Of a stretch of 64,000 bases of DNA, positions 39,380-54,703 are shown piece after piece. The notes below the pieces were generated by a model. The model was not told the DNA's origin, ran no database searches, and saw nothing but the letters and a program-made list of their open reading frames with translations. Each line of letters opens with the position of its first letter. Position 1 is the stretch's first letter. Origin of the DNA: Octopus vulgaris. Taxonomy: Eukaryota. The stretch covers positions 17,918,001 through 17,982,000 of the forward strand of contig OX597824.1 in the NCBI GenBank assembly GCA_951406725.2. The letters run 5' to 3'. The translations under genes were made by a program, and so were the position numbers.

Positions 39380-41380
39380 TCTTCTCTACCACATAACCTC
39401 CTTTGCAATATCCAGCCAGTCTTGCCCAGACTGTTGTTTCGAGGCAAATTTCAAGATAGACTGCACTGATAAAGCCGAATATTCTTACTTGTGAGAACAA
39501 CCTTTTAACAAAACTCCATAACTTGGTAATTCCCGAAGGGTGCGTGCACCTCAGATGGCACATCCGTATTTATAGAATTTGTGTGGAACGGGAAATATCC
39601 CTCTGTAACACTTCCAGGAATGTTTTCTGGAACTTACTAAATGTTCCTAGACAGAACGTTTTCCATATATACGAGACAGCTGATTTTTCTCAACATCTAA
39701 CGCTTTCTTGACAGCTTCGGAGATGCTACCCAACAATACTAGTTTTCTACAAAATGCTGGCGGGGAAGTTCCTCCGAACGCATTACATAAATACCGATAT
39801 TCCAGATGGTAATCGTACAATGTTCATCTTCACTTGACCAGGACTTCATCTCGATCAATGAGATAAGTTGTAGAGCAAGAAATCTGAAAAAGAGCGCCCA
39901 CACCTTTTTGCGGTATGGAAAATTCTGTAAATGCCGCTGCTTCAGCGTATGTATGTTCACCAGCAGCTGAAGTGCACCGATCACCTATACACAGAGGATG
40001 TTGGCAATGGATGGAACGTCTGAGCAGCGTAATGCATCGCTTTCACACTAATTGAAAAAAACACACGCCTCCGCCAGATGAGGCGAGAAAATGAGGCCAG
40101 CTGGTCATAGATAATGGATGTTACATTTGCATCACATAACCATCGCTGTCCAAACATTCAAGGATAATTTCCTTTTTTTCTCATTTGTGGAGGGGGCTGG
40201 TTACCCCGTTCGTAACCTGATCCAAATCCCTATACATCAGGAGCTCAACTAGATCACAATTACATGGTTCTATTTGACAGAATTGCCTTGTGCTTCAAAT
40301 TACTAAGCAAGTGATTTTCTTGGTTAAATGTGCTTCTGTAGACGCCTTGTATTCCTTTAAAATGACGCCTACCACCTTGATTTCTCTGGTGTTCGAAACA
40401 TCTATGTTAACAACATCATTATGTGCCGTAATGGCTTTTTGACTAATTTCGACCACAGTACATTTCATCTGTTCCAGTTTTCTCAAAAACTACTCGAGAA
40501 GAATTACATACATACATTAGAGGACAGTCTTGATGGACCAGGGAGACCGTATACAAAATGGTCCGGATAGTTTGCTAACTAATTATATATTCGCGAACAC
40601 AATATTTATTGTGTATTTAAGTAATCCGACCTCTAAAGTCAGCTCTGACGCCGGATCCTTTGAGGATAGCCGTGAAGTAAAGGTGGTTACGCATTCTCTC
40701 ATGGGAAGACCAGGATTGCACACGTGTGCACTTTCTCGGCCGCGCCCATACGACAAGCACCAAGCAGTATTGCTAGAACCTTTGCGAAAATATAAAACTT
40801 TACATTCAGCAGAGTTATGAAGTGAAAATTATTGATTATTCCCCGATATTCATGGTCTTGTACAGCAGCACTTACATGCCCCAGCTTACAGAACAGGGAA
40901 TTCAGTTTTGGGACCAATTGTAGTAGACAGCTGGTAAGACATCTGCGAAAACGTCTAACATGCACGGATCTCGTAGGGCAGTGTCCGCTTCGAAAAACCA
41001 CTTATCATCTCCCATTGAAAAGGTTACTGCAATAGGCTCTCCACAAACCCTGCATCTTCAACCGAAAGTTGAAGGATACTTTCGAGGTAGGCAGTACAAT
41101 CCATTATCTCTCTCAACACAAGCTGCAAACAGTTGAGAAAGAGACCTTTAAAACTGAGACGTAAGCGCACGTCTTAGTTTTTCAAAAACAGAATACTGTA
41201 TATGCTGCCACATAATCCTCCGCCTCTAGTACTCATTGAATACCTTTTGTCTGTTCGTGTCCTACCACACACAATGTGCTCTGGCAAGAAAAACCTGGTT
41301 TAAATTGAATTCCGCCGTACCAATGGCACGTCGGTCGTGGTACCTTTTCTAATCGCCTCTTCTTCACTTACTAATTCCAT
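39380..41380 (-). mobile_element. Long degraded LINE (RTE-like) remnant
   Basis: About 2 kb of balanced-composition sequence with fragmentary RT-like peptides (KKVWALFFRF, GITKLWS...ICLET) in shifting frames. Confidence 0.5.
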
Positions 41381-41437
41381 ACTAATCCTTATAATCACAA
41401 GCCCGATCTCCATACGCCGCTGACAAATTATTTGCAG

Positions 41438-42072
41438 CAGTGCTTCCCAAAACTTTCACATTGGTTCCCAAACCTTTTTATTTTAATGAGTTTTCCTACG
41501 GATACCTTTTAATATGCTTATCCTTATATATACATACATATATTCAAATATATGAAGAACTATTCAAATAGTGAGGCGTAGAAGTGGCTGTGTGGTAAGT
41601 AGCTTGCTTACGAACCACATGGTTCCGGGTTCAGTCCCACTGCGTGGCACCTTGGGCAAGTGTCTTCTACTATAGCCTCGGGCCGACCAAAGCCTTGTGA
41701 GTGGATTTGGTAGACGGAAACTGAAAGAAGCCTGTCGTATATATGTATATATATGTTTACATGTATGTGTGTATATGTTTGTGTGTCTGTGTTTGTCCCC
41801 CTAGCATTGCTTGACAACCGATGCTGGTGTGTTTACGTCAAAAGAGACCGATAGAATAAGTACTGGGCTTACAAAAGAATAAGTCCTGGGGTCGAGTTGC
41901 TGGACTAAAGGCGGTGCTCCAGCATGGCCGCAGTCAAATGACTGAAACAAGTAAAAGAATAAAAGAAAGAAAGAGAAAGAATATACATGGAATTTTGAAT
42001 TTAGTTCACGGACCCCCGGTACTATCTTTGCGGACCACCAGGTTTCCATGGAATCCAGGTTGGTAACCTCTG
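41438..42072. mobile_element. hAT-like MITE interrupted by a SINE-A
   Basis: Termini CAGTGCTTCCCAA and TTGGTAACCTCTG; 8-bp TSD atttgcag / atttacag. Confidence 0.68.
41575..41980 (+). mobile_element. Near full-length SINE-A nested in the MITE
   Basis: Head, body and tail match the other copies. Confidence 0.92.
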
Positions 42073-42249
42073 ATTTACAGAATTAATTTGCATTTTGCAA
42101 GGTAATGTGTGAACACCTATACTGATAATTAATCAAATACTAATAACTAATCAAATAGTGAAAACCAATCAAAGAAATTCATTAACATTCTGAAATATAT
42201 TACGTGAAACTTCAATCTTTAGTTTTTTTCCGAAAACATTGAAACTTAA

Positions 42250-42500
42250 ATAAGGTGTGACTGCGTGGTAAAAATCTTGCTTCCCAAACACATAGTACGG
42301 GGTTCATTCCCACTGTGTAGAATCTTGGGCATTTTTCTTCTACTCGAGCCTCGAGCCGACCAAAGCCGTGTGAGTGGATTTGGTAGACGGAAACTGAAAG
42401 AAGCCTGTCGTATAAATTTCAATATATATGTGTGAGTGTGTGTGTATGTGTGCGTATGTCACCCACCATCCCTTGACAACTGTCAAATGACTGAAATAAA
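42250..42500 (+). mobile_element. Degenerate SINE-A with internal deletion
   Basis: gagtggatttggtagacggaaactgaaagaagcc; gtcaaatgactgaaa. Confidence 0.78.
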
Positions 42501-42557
42501 TATAACAGTAATATATATGTATGTAAATGTATATATGTATGTGTATATGTATGTATG

Positions 42558-42620
<63 letters not shown>

Positions 42621-42744
42621 TTTATTTTTTACTTGGTTGATTGCAACAGTGTTGTAGCACCGCCTTGAAGGCATTTATCGAAGAATTCTACCTCAGAACT
42701 TATTTTTAAAGTTCGAAACAAGTATAAATACCTATCGGCCGCAG

Positions 42745-42856
42745 GAACCCGCGATACACTGAAGAGTCCGCGATAAAATTTACATATATCAGCCAGAAAA
42801 ATCCGCGATGTTCTGAGTTTGCGATAGGTGAACCTGGATAAAGCAAGGGATTACTA
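42745..42856. mobile_element. Possible pogo/Tigger-like transposon end
   Basis: Repeated (cc)gcgata subterminal motifs and terminus agggattacta running into TA; only one end is seen. Confidence 0.4.
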
Positions 42857-43006
42857 TATATATATGACTGTGTGTGCGTGTGTGTGTGCAATAGAAATAT
42901 ACTTGTGTGCAAATATACATACGTTTGGGTGTGCTTATGTATAGATAGCTAATATATAAATATACATATGCATACGCGCACACACATACATATATATACA
43001 TATATA

Positions 43007-43307
43007 TCACCGTGACAGACCAGGCTATCAGATGTTCCTATACATCGCTGGTCACAACGCGTTTCGCATTTTTTTAGCCATCAAATGACGCCACCCTGCT
43101 GGCTAAGCGAGCAGGCCAACAGAAGAAAGAGTGGGAGAAAGTTGTGGGGAAACAGTACAGCAAGGATCACCACCACCACCCGCTGGAGCATCGCGGAGCT
43201 TTAGGTGTTTTCACTCAATTAACACTCACAACGCCCCGTATGGGAATCGAAACCGCAATCCTACAACCGCGAGTCTGCTGCCCTAACCACTGAGCCATTG
43301 CACCTCC
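43007..43307 (-). mobile_element. SINE family D (tRNA-derived head)
   Basis: Minus strand begins GGAGGTGCAATGGCTCAGTGGTTAGGGCAGC with B box GGTTTCGATTCCC; sits between TA/CA microsatellites. Confidence 0.8.
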
Positions 43308-43959
43308 ACACACACACACACACATACACACACATACACACACACACACACACATCTATTTACATATATATATATACACACACAGAAAGGCAATCATAGG
43401 TGTACATCCATTAACTCAGTACACCTGTGTATGGAAATATCAATCTATATTCACACATACATTTTGTTAATCTAAGCAATTATGTTAATATTAGCAGACA
43501 TGCACCTGTGTGTTTCTGTTCACATTTTGTATTTATTTTATCATTGGTTACATGTCATGCAAATGAGAATATTTGCTCTACTGCTTTACATGTACAATAC
43601 ATGTTATTAATTTGATAATGATTAAAATTTGAAATATCAACATAAAAATATACGTAACGAGTTTTCTTAATAACAACAAACACAAATTAAAACACCATCT
43701 ATACACTCGCATCAAACATATTGTTTCATAATGGACATAATGATGTTTATTTATTTTTCTCGTTTTTATTTTTTCACTTTCTTTCTCATTTTCTTATTCC
43801 TTTTTGTAATGTGTTTGCCATCATAAATTCTCGTAACGCATTCCTGATATTTTATCTCCGAAATTTTACAGCATTCCGAGTTAATTATCTACAAAATTCA
43901 CGTAAGGTATATCGTGAATATACGTATTACAGTATAATATCAATTAAAAATGGTGATGC

Positions 43960-44900
<941 letters not shown>

Positions 44901-45487
44901 TGTGCGTCTATGTGTATGCCAGTATGCCAGGCAGGATATAGAGACAGGGATCTCATCACAGAGCGATATAGTGTATAGGAATGCATGATACAAGTAATAA
45001 ATCAGTGAAACAGTTTTTAACATGTTATTAATTTCGTTTTTCATTTAGGTTTTATTTTTCTTCGGATATAAATGTTAGCATTGGTTGCATATGTAACCTT
45101 AGTGTATATATATATTGCAGATTCTGGTGCTAGCTTCTATGTATGTACGTATGTCTATACACGTGTGATGTATCATTTAATGTTTCTATGTGCGTACATG
45201 TTTGTCTTAGCAACATCTTGAAAATAGTTTTGTGTCTCCTGAGGTCTTGCTTTTAATTCACTAAATATATATACATATATATATATATACGTATATGTAT
45301 ATGTACATATACATGTATATGAATGTATATATATATATACACACACAGATGTACATATACATATATATATATATGTATATATATATAGAAACATGTATAT
45401 ATACATATATATGTATATATGTATATATATACACACATGTATATATACATATATATATGTATATATATACATATATATATGCATATA

Positions 45488-45547
<60 letters not shown>

Positions 45548-46009
45548 TATATAAATGCATATATATATATGTATGTATATATATATCATATAAAGAAAAT
45601 TCATCGCACACGAAATTTAAACCAATTTTAACTAGTAAATACAAAGCGACGAATTAAAACGAAAATAAACGAACAACAAAAAGTAGAAGCATAAATACAA
45701 GATGACTACGCGACCTATCAGACAACAGCGAAAGCAACACAACAAAAAAACAAACATCAGTAAGATAGAGCATCACCGCTCTTCTTTACTTCGCTCATCT
45801 TCCCTTCATACCTACAAACCAGGGACCTCAGAGAAAGTTCACATATCTTAATTGTATATTATGTGCTAACTACAAAAACGTTGTCACGAATTTTACTACT
45901 GATGAGTTTAAAGGAAAGCAGTGTTTTTTGTTTTTCTTTCTGTTAACTTTTGGTTTTTAGCCAGGCGCTAACTTTTATGTTATTACCGTTATTATCACCA
46001 TCATTAAGC

Positions 46010-46015
46010 GTTATT

Positions 46016-46085
<70 letters not shown>

Positions 46086-46142
46086 GTTGTAATAGTATTT
46101 TGTGGTGTTGTTCTTATTTTTATTATTGTCATCACGTTGTTG

Positions 46143-46202
<60 letters not shown>

Positions 46203-46247
46203 TCATTATTATTATTATTATTATCATTCTTCTTCTTCTTCTTCTTC

Positions 46248-46323
<76 letters not shown>

Positions 46324-46335
46324 CATTTTTATTAT
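46010..46335. repeat. (ATT)n with an internal (CTT)n
   Basis: Direct reading. Confidence 0.95.
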
Positions 46336-46724
46336 TACGCTATTGCATTTTCAACATAATTTTTTTTTTTTTATATTCTTCCTACAATAAGGAAATTAAA
46401 ACCATTACAAGATGCACTTAGATTTACAAGAAAAATATTAAAAAGCCACAACAAAATAATATTCGAATAATAATGATACACACACGCTTATTGAAAATAT
46501 CTTGTGATAAATATTATATTTTATTTTAGTTCAGTATACGTTATCTGTTATTTTTATATTTTTTATTATTTTTTTGGCATAAAATGAGTAACCGGAAATT
46601 GAATTTCCAACTAAAAGACATATATAACAAAGCAAAACATACATTTATCTGACGTTGATATATGTATATGTATACGTGTATTTGTTTGTGTTTGCGTGTG
46701 CATGTGTGTATAAATATATATGTC

Positions 46725-46755
<31 letters not shown>

Positions 46756-46758
46756 GTG

Positions 46759-46800
<42 letters not shown>

Positions 46801-46853
46801 AATATACACGCATGTCTCTACGAATGCATGTATATATGTGAATTTAATACCAT

Positions 46854-47013
<160 letters not shown>

Positions 47014-47284
47014 TTCACTGCTATCGCTATATCAGCTTAATGCAGAGGCATATCAGTTTTAACAAGTCTTGCATTATCCTTGATAAATGTGCCAACTCCG
47101 TTTACGATAATGTGTATATATAAGAACGTTTGATGTTGAAAGCAAAATTCTTGACCATTCTACACACACGCACTGGGGATGAGTAATTTACACGATCAAA
47201 GAGATGTTTTTAATTGATAAATTTTAATTTCAATACGTCTATCTATCAAAGAATATTACTCGCACGTACCAAAAAAAAAGAAGA

Positions 47285-47363
<79 letters not shown>

Positions 47364-47783
47364 ATAATAATTTTGAAACTTAACAGATCGATAAGAACAT
47401 AATAATTAGCAGAAAAATTTTGATCCATATGAAAAATATAGAGGAATTGTCTGTAATTGTTTATGCTTTCAGTATATTAGAGAAAGCTTGGAAACTTAAT
47501 AAATGGTGTCAGACTGACAAAGAAGCCATTACTACATTCTATTAATGTGAATATAAATCTGACAAACATTTTCGTTTTTGCGATGCGACTGAAAGACACT
47601 GCTCTTCATCATCAGCTATTATTCAATATAGATGTTTGTGTGTGTATATGTGTACGTGTATGAGCATGTGTGATTCTATGTGAGTGTATGTGTGATTGTG
47701 TGATTGTGTAAAATATATAATTGATTTCTCTAACTGTTCCTTTATTTTTGTCTTTTTCCATGTATGTGTATATATATATATAC

Positions 47784-47838
<55 letters not shown>

Positions 47839-47931
47839 CATATTTATACATACACATATATATATACATATATATATATATGTATATACACTCACATATA
47901 TTTGGGTCTTTTTCACTGTATATATATATAA

Positions 47932-47983
<52 letters not shown>

Positions 47984-48047
47984 ATATACATACACATATA
48001 TATATGCATGTAAGTATGTATATCAATATATTAATATATATATATAC

Positions 48048-48078
<31 letters not shown>

Positions 48079-48087
48079 AACATGCAT

Positions 48088-48131
<44 letters not shown>

Positions 48132-48374
48132 GCATACATACATAAACATATATATTTACATGCATGCACATACGCATTTTGTGTATGCATGAATGGACTG
48201 ATATATATATATATATTTATATACATGTGTGTATGTGTGTACATTTGTGGGTGCGTGGTTATGTGTGAATACATGCATGCTTTCATTTAAGCATACGTAC
48301 AAGACAATATATCCATGTATGCACATATTTTAAGCGTATATATTGATACGTCTGGTTTATCAATATTCATTTAC

Positions 48375-48518
48375 CATACGTATATTAAAGAACTCTTTGT
48401 TTTCCATTCACAAATGTGGATAATGATGGTGTAAATGGAGAAAGCAAGAATTATGATTATAATATTTATCTTTGTTCGAGACAATTCAGTATCATCGATC
48501 ATTTCAAGAATGATTTCA
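48375..48518 (-). other. Candidate 144-nt symmetric exon encoding a hydrophobic segment
   Basis: gatctatatttttag|...TATG|gtaaat; only one frame is open: EIILEMIDDTELSRTKINIIIIILAFSIYTIIIHICEWKTKSSLIYV. Confidence 0.27.
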
Positions 48519-49003
48519 CTAAAAATATAGATCAATCTACAAATGGAGAAATACTTTTGACCCAAATGCAATATATGTTTCTTTCTTTCTCTTACCATTG
48601 TCATAAGCGGCCCCAAATGCCAGTTCCACATCTGTGCTGTATTCATTTTCGCCTCCACCAACCTCCTAACTTCCATTATTTCGAGCAAACATTAGCGTTC
48701 TTTAATTGCATATGAACTATTATTTTGTTTCTCTTTGTATGTATGTATGTATGTATGTATGTATGTATGTATGTATGTGTATGTATGTGCATGTATGTAT
48801 TATGTATTTGTCTATATATCTATATATCTTTCTATCTCTATGTCTAAGTATTTCTGCCTATGTATATATAGATTTATTCATTTGTCTATATCTATATCAC
48901 AAACTATTCATCTAACTATGCATCTGGAATATATATATATATATATGTATATGCGCACACACTCATATGCACAAAAAATAAGGATACACACACACTTACA
49001 AGG

Positions 49004-49063
<60 letters not shown>

Positions 49064-49699
49064 CTATTTAGGTGCCTATTAGCTGTAAAACTTTGTGGCT
49101 AGTAGATTAAAAAGGCCTCTAAATGGGGCTTTTTAACATCTTAGTAAAAGAAACAGGGCTTTACAATAGAGCTAAATTGGTTTACGATTAGACCTCCCTC
49201 TACTCTCTCTTGTCTCTCTCGCTCTCTCTCTCTCTTTCTTTCTTTCTCTCTCTCCTTATTTGATCGACGTAAGGAACCTGTGTCCGTAGTAACAACTTCT
49301 TTGTCATGACTGACACAACAAACTTAACTAGAGAAATGATTACTCCGCATAATTGAAAGCATTTGGCGAATTCTTCCAAAAAGGAAATCCAAAGAATAAG
49401 TCGCTTATACTACTACCTGGTACTGTAACTGTGTTGTATGTGCACACTATGTCTCAGTACGGAGACCACACACAAAGAAACCTCTTTGAATGTTCTTTAG
49501 AAAGTTCCCAAGCTTATTAAATTTCTTCGCAACAAAACCGCACATCTCTTAGTAACGGAGCGAGTGAGAAGCCGAGTAATATTCTGATAGTGAACAACAT
49601 GTGTCAGGTAGAATAACAAATCAGTCATAAAAATTTTCAATGTTCATATTTTTGGTATCTCAGTATATATTGAGACACAAGCATATTGCAAGCAATGAA

Positions 49700-51250
49700 G
49701 TAAAAACTTACGTTAACGTTAATTTGTGTGAAAGAGAACAATGAGAAGGCAATGAAATGGACACCATCGAGAGTAGGAAAGGGATTTCTAAATGCAGCAA
49801 ATTGCTCCGCTGTTACCCGTAGAGATTATAAAGTATTTCCTTTTTGGTACCGAATTTGAAGTTGTAGTCATTTTCCACAGCTAATCCTCAGTTTCAAGAT
49901 GTAGTTTTGAATTGTGAGACGAATTCTACGATGAGCTAAAAGTGGAAATAAACGAATGGCACGAAACGTCTCTAGCACGACCATTGGAGAATTCAAAGCC
50001 GTAGCAGTACATTGATGCAATAAGTTGTCAAATAATACAAGAAACTATTAATATAGCCTTGTAAATTTGGACACACTAGCACATGAAGTTCTGTAGTTCT
50101 TTGCATAAATTATTTTATAACAATAATTATTTAGTTCCAAAGCTGAGCAATTTGGATTTAATTCGATAACGAACCGCGAATCACAGTTTAATCGAATAAA
50201 TAAAGTCAGACTACAACATAGTAGACCATGCCTCGCGACAGAATTTTGTTTACCTCTGATCTACACTTGGAACATATTGTAGTTATGGCAAATGATTAAC
50301 TAATTAATTACTTAAACTACAACATTAAATTCAAAAGGGTACTATAAGGGTATGAGATAAGAAAATTGATGATAGAAACATGACACGATTTAGAGGTATG
50401 TTGCACATTCGATGCTGCGCTGGATCATGAGATGGATAATAGAGACGAATTGTGAGATGCTTTCACAATAAATACGACGGGAGAAACCGTAGATTTGAAA
50501 GACAGAAAAGACTTGACGACTCTACTATAAAAAAATGGAGAAAAAAGAGAAAAACCTAGCACAGAAACTGTGAAAAACCCAGGCGATATTGTCGAAGACA
50601 ATCGTTACAAGGAATGGAACAACTTACTCAATATACAGCAATAGAAATACAAGGAAAAAAAAGAAAGAATCTTGACAACAAAATAGAAATCTATACTTAA
50701 AGAACAATAATAGTCAGAATCTTTTCAAAGTCAATTCTTGAAAGAGAAGAAATGATCAAAAAGATGATAACATGCCTACACAGCTGAGGCGCTTCTTTAT
50801 GGAAAGATAGTTTCGAACAAAATCTTACAGTTAACTTTCCACACAATACAGAAGCAATGTTGTAAATCCCGAATGGTCAACCAGATATGAACAAAATAGC
50901 AAGTGAGATGCTTCCAGAAAATGTTATGAGAAGCGAACAAGAATGATGAAATTAGTATGTGTTAGTGAGTTCACAAAAATGTATATATCGGTTGCTTCTT
51001 TCCCGAAACTTCTCCATTTTATTTAAGGGAAGAATAAAGAATTTTAGCTTCATATTGGGAAGAATGAAAACACATTTACTCACCAAACGTCAGCGCTGAC
51101 AGAGGTACAGGGAACTATTTTTTCTAACACTTATCTTGGAAAGAATGAACGCTACGTACCCTTACCGTGTACCTGCCAGCAATTTGCAATTTTAGTGATA
51201 TGATAAAATGCTTGTAATACGCTTGGTAAACAGGCTGACGTAAAGATGAC
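49700..51250 (+). mobile_element. Degraded LINE remnant (APE region and downstream)
   Basis: IGEFKA (compare IGDFNA) near 49983 and DAALDHE (compare SDH) near 50411, in the expected order; A-rich sense strand. Confidence 0.4.
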
Positions 51251-51391
51251 TAAACAGTCATAGAAACCATATCAGAAATTAAAACGTGACAGATATATTT
51301 GGTTCTTATTTTATTAGATTCCAATGCGGTGGGCGGCAAGCGAGCAAAATCATGGAACCCCGTGTCGAATTAACCATCACATTTTGACATA

Positions 51392-51602
51392 TTCTTTTAC
51401 TCTTTTATTTGTTTCAGTCATTTGACTGCGGCCATCCTGCAGCACCGCCTTTAGTCGAGCAAACCCACCCCACGACTTATTCTTTGTAAGCTTAGTACTT
51501 ATTCTATCGGTCTCTTTTGCCGAGCGGCTAAGTTTCGAGGACGTAAACACACCAGCATCGATTGTCAAGTGATGTTTCGGGACAAACACATACACACAAA
51601 AT

Positions 51603-51668
<66 letters not shown>

Positions 51669-51903
51669 AAATAAGCAACAAGGATATCCAGAGGTAATGC
51701 AATACGATCGTTTCGTGCTACTTCATTTAATTGAACAATGCAATCATAACATCAATTTAAAATGCAGAGCAATCTTCAGCTGCACAAAGACAGAGAATTT
51801 AATTAAATTAGAACAGATGAATACATTAGTAAAATTTATACCTCAAATCTCCAAGAAGTTAAGGAGATAAACAAAGAACATGCTGTTCTTACTCCAGCAT
51901 AGA

Positions 51904-51939
<36 letters not shown>

Positions 51940-52045
51940 GGCGGGCTTCTTTCTACGGGTTATAGTAGAGGACACTTGCCGAAAGTGCCACGCAGTGGGA
52001 CTGAACCCGGAACCATGTGGTTGATAAGCAAGCAACTTGCGACAC
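51392..52045 (-). mobile_element. SINE-A split by an insertion in its internal (TA)n
   Basis: 3' half at 51392-51605 and 5' half at about 51938-52045, separated by (TA)n, unique sequence, (TA)n. Confidence 0.85.
51699..51783 (-). ncRNA. Hammerhead ribozyme-like motif in a Penelope-type insert (about 51667-51907)
   Basis: gcag-CTGAAGA-tTGC...GCAc-GAAA-CGATCGTA-ttgc: canonical core, palindromic ACGATCGT stem III, GUA cleavage triplet, 4-bp stem I. Confidence 0.65.
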
Positions 52046-52189
52046 AAAATTTTCTGTATCGTTTTTGCTTCTGTAAATATCCTGTCACTCACGTGTTTCT
52101 TTTCTTGCTTGTTTCTATTTGTCTTTTGTAATTACTTAGTGAAACTTTACATATTTTCAATAGGTAAACTCTTGCGAGATATGAGTAAC

Positions 52190-52423
52190 TATTTCTTTAC
52201 TACCCACAAGGTGCTAAACATAGAGGGGACAAACAAGGACAGACAGAGGGATTAAGTCGATTACATCGACCCCAGTGCGTAACTGGTGCTTATTTAATCG
52301 ACCCCGAAAGGATGAAAGCCAAAGTCGACCTCGGCGGAATTTGAACTCAGAATGTAAGAGCAGACGAAATACGGCTACGCACTTCAAGCATTTCGCCCGG
52401 CGTGCTAACGTTTCTGCCAGCTC
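52190..52423 (-). mobile_element. SINE-B copy
   Basis: 16-bp TSD GCGAGATATGAGTAAC on both sides. Confidence 0.92.
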
Positions 52424-52659
52424 GCGAGATATGAGTAACGTCTTTGAAAATACCTTACCTTTTTGGATTTAATTAGTTGAATGAGCGTACCCTGCTCTGA
52501 ATTTTAAAAAAAAAGTATTTTTATTATTATCATTATTATTATTGTTGTTATTGTTGTTGTTGTTGTTGTTGTTGTTTTTGTTGTTGCTGTTGTTGTTGCT
52601 GCTGTTGTTGTTTTTATCATCCTTCTCCTCCTCCTCATCATCATCAACGATTCTTCTAA

Positions 52660-52940
52660 CGACAAGCTGGAAGAATCGTTAGCACGCATGACGAAATCCT
52701 CGTTACATTATGAGTTCAAATTCCACCGAGGTCGACTTTGCCTTGCATTCTTTCGCGGTCGATACATTAACTACCAGAGAAACACCGGGATTGATGTATT
52801 CGACTTATCCCCTCCCCACAACTTTGAGGCCTTGTGCCTCCAGTAGAAGACACTTGCCCAAGGTGCCACGCAGTGGGACTGGACCCGTAACCATGTGTTT
52901 GATAAACATGCAACTTACGACACAGCCACTCCTGCGCCTA
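52660..52940. mobile_element. Degenerate SINE-B (+) fused to a SINE-A head (-)
   Basis: Junction at a shared agtagaa near 52842. Confidence 0.75.
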
Positions 52941-53135
52941 CACACGCGCGCGTACACCCACACATAACCACACTCACACACACACCCATATATATATATA
53001 TGTATATATGGGTCTCGTGTATGCATATGTGTTTGTGTGCATGTGTGCGTGGGCTTGTGTGCTTATATATGTATCTGTGTTCGCGTATTTACCTGCCCTC
53101 GTACATATGCGCATATATACAAAAGTTTACGCACG

Positions 53136-53199
<64 letters not shown>

Positions 53200-53351
53200 C
53201 ATATACATAGATCTCGTATATGCATTGTGTACGTGTTTTTGTATGTGTGTGAGTATGTGTACCTGCGTACGTTTGTATGCTTACATATGTGTGTGTGCGC
53301 GTATTTATCTATCTACGTAAATATATGCATATATGTAATCATCTACGCACG

Positions 53352-53406
<55 letters not shown>

Positions 53407-53830
53407 ATATATATATATACATATACATACATACACATATAGATATGCGCGTGCGTGTTCAACCATGAACTGCAATGGCCGGAATATATTAAGTAAACAC
53501 TTAGAAGAACTCGAAAAATAATCTTTAAAATGCGAACGTATATTTTTTTGATACGCTGTAATTTTACAATTGACAATAATGATTTTGGCTCTGTGTTCAG
53601 TTTATTTAGTAAAAATGAAAAAAATAAAAACGAGGGGATTATGTGATTAATGCAGTAAGTTGCTTTTTTTTTCATTTCAAATTCTAGCTACATCGTGTTC
53701 AGCCGATAATTTCTGTGCTTAAATTTACATTCCATTTTTTGTCATATTTCATAATTTTATAATTCACTCGTAAGCTTTTTCGTTTGTTTATTTGCTTAAT
53801 TTTAACGTTAATATGCGTGTCTTGACTTAA

Positions 53831-53875
<45 letters not shown>

Positions 53876-54168
53876 GTGTGGTGGTTTGTGTGAGCGCGCA
53901 AGTGTTTGAAAACGTATAGGAGCATTTAAGCAAAGTGCAGCGTAAATAGAAAACCGTATAAAGACTAGAATATATGGATGTGAAAGAAACAAAGAGGAAG
54001 AATGAGCGAGAAAACATGCATTTTTCTGTCTATGTTTACGCTTTTCATATATTAATTTTCTGATGTCTATTATTACTGTTTCATTGTTCCGTATATTTTT
54101 GTTCAGAAAGTCAGTAATCGATAAAGATGAAACCTAATGCGATCTACGATTACATATACATACATACA

Positions 54169-54210
<42 letters not shown>

Positions 54211-54223
54211 TATATATATATAA

Positions 54224-54459
54224 TACTCTCTACTCTTTATGTTTTAATTGTTTCAGTCATTTGAGTGTGGCCATGCTGGAGCACAGCCTTTAGTCGAGCA
54301 AATCGAGCCCAGAACTTCTTCTATGTAAGTCTATTACTCATTCTATCGGTCTCTTTTGCCGAACCGCTAAGTTACGGGGACGTAAACACACCAGCATCGG
54401 TTGTTAAGCGATGTTGGTGGAACAAACACAGACACTCAAACATATGTACACACACACAC

Positions 54460-54532
<73 letters not shown>

Positions 54533-54703
54533 CATACATACATATATACGACGAGCTACTTTCAGTTTCCGTCTACCAGATCCACTCACAAGGCTTTGGT
54601 CGGCCCGAGGTAAGACAATTGACCAAGGTACCACACAGTGGGAGTGAACACGGAACCATGTGGTTCGTAAGCAAGCTACTTACCTCACAGCCACTCCTAC
54701 GCC
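54224..54703 (-). mobile_element. Near full-length SINE-A
   Basis: Head, expanded internal microsatellite and tail present. Confidence 0.9.

Noticed and set aside
43235-43307. SINE heads (also 21944 and 22842) as tRNA genes
   Set aside because: A and B boxes are present, but there is no clean acceptor stem or terminator, and each head continues into a SINE body.
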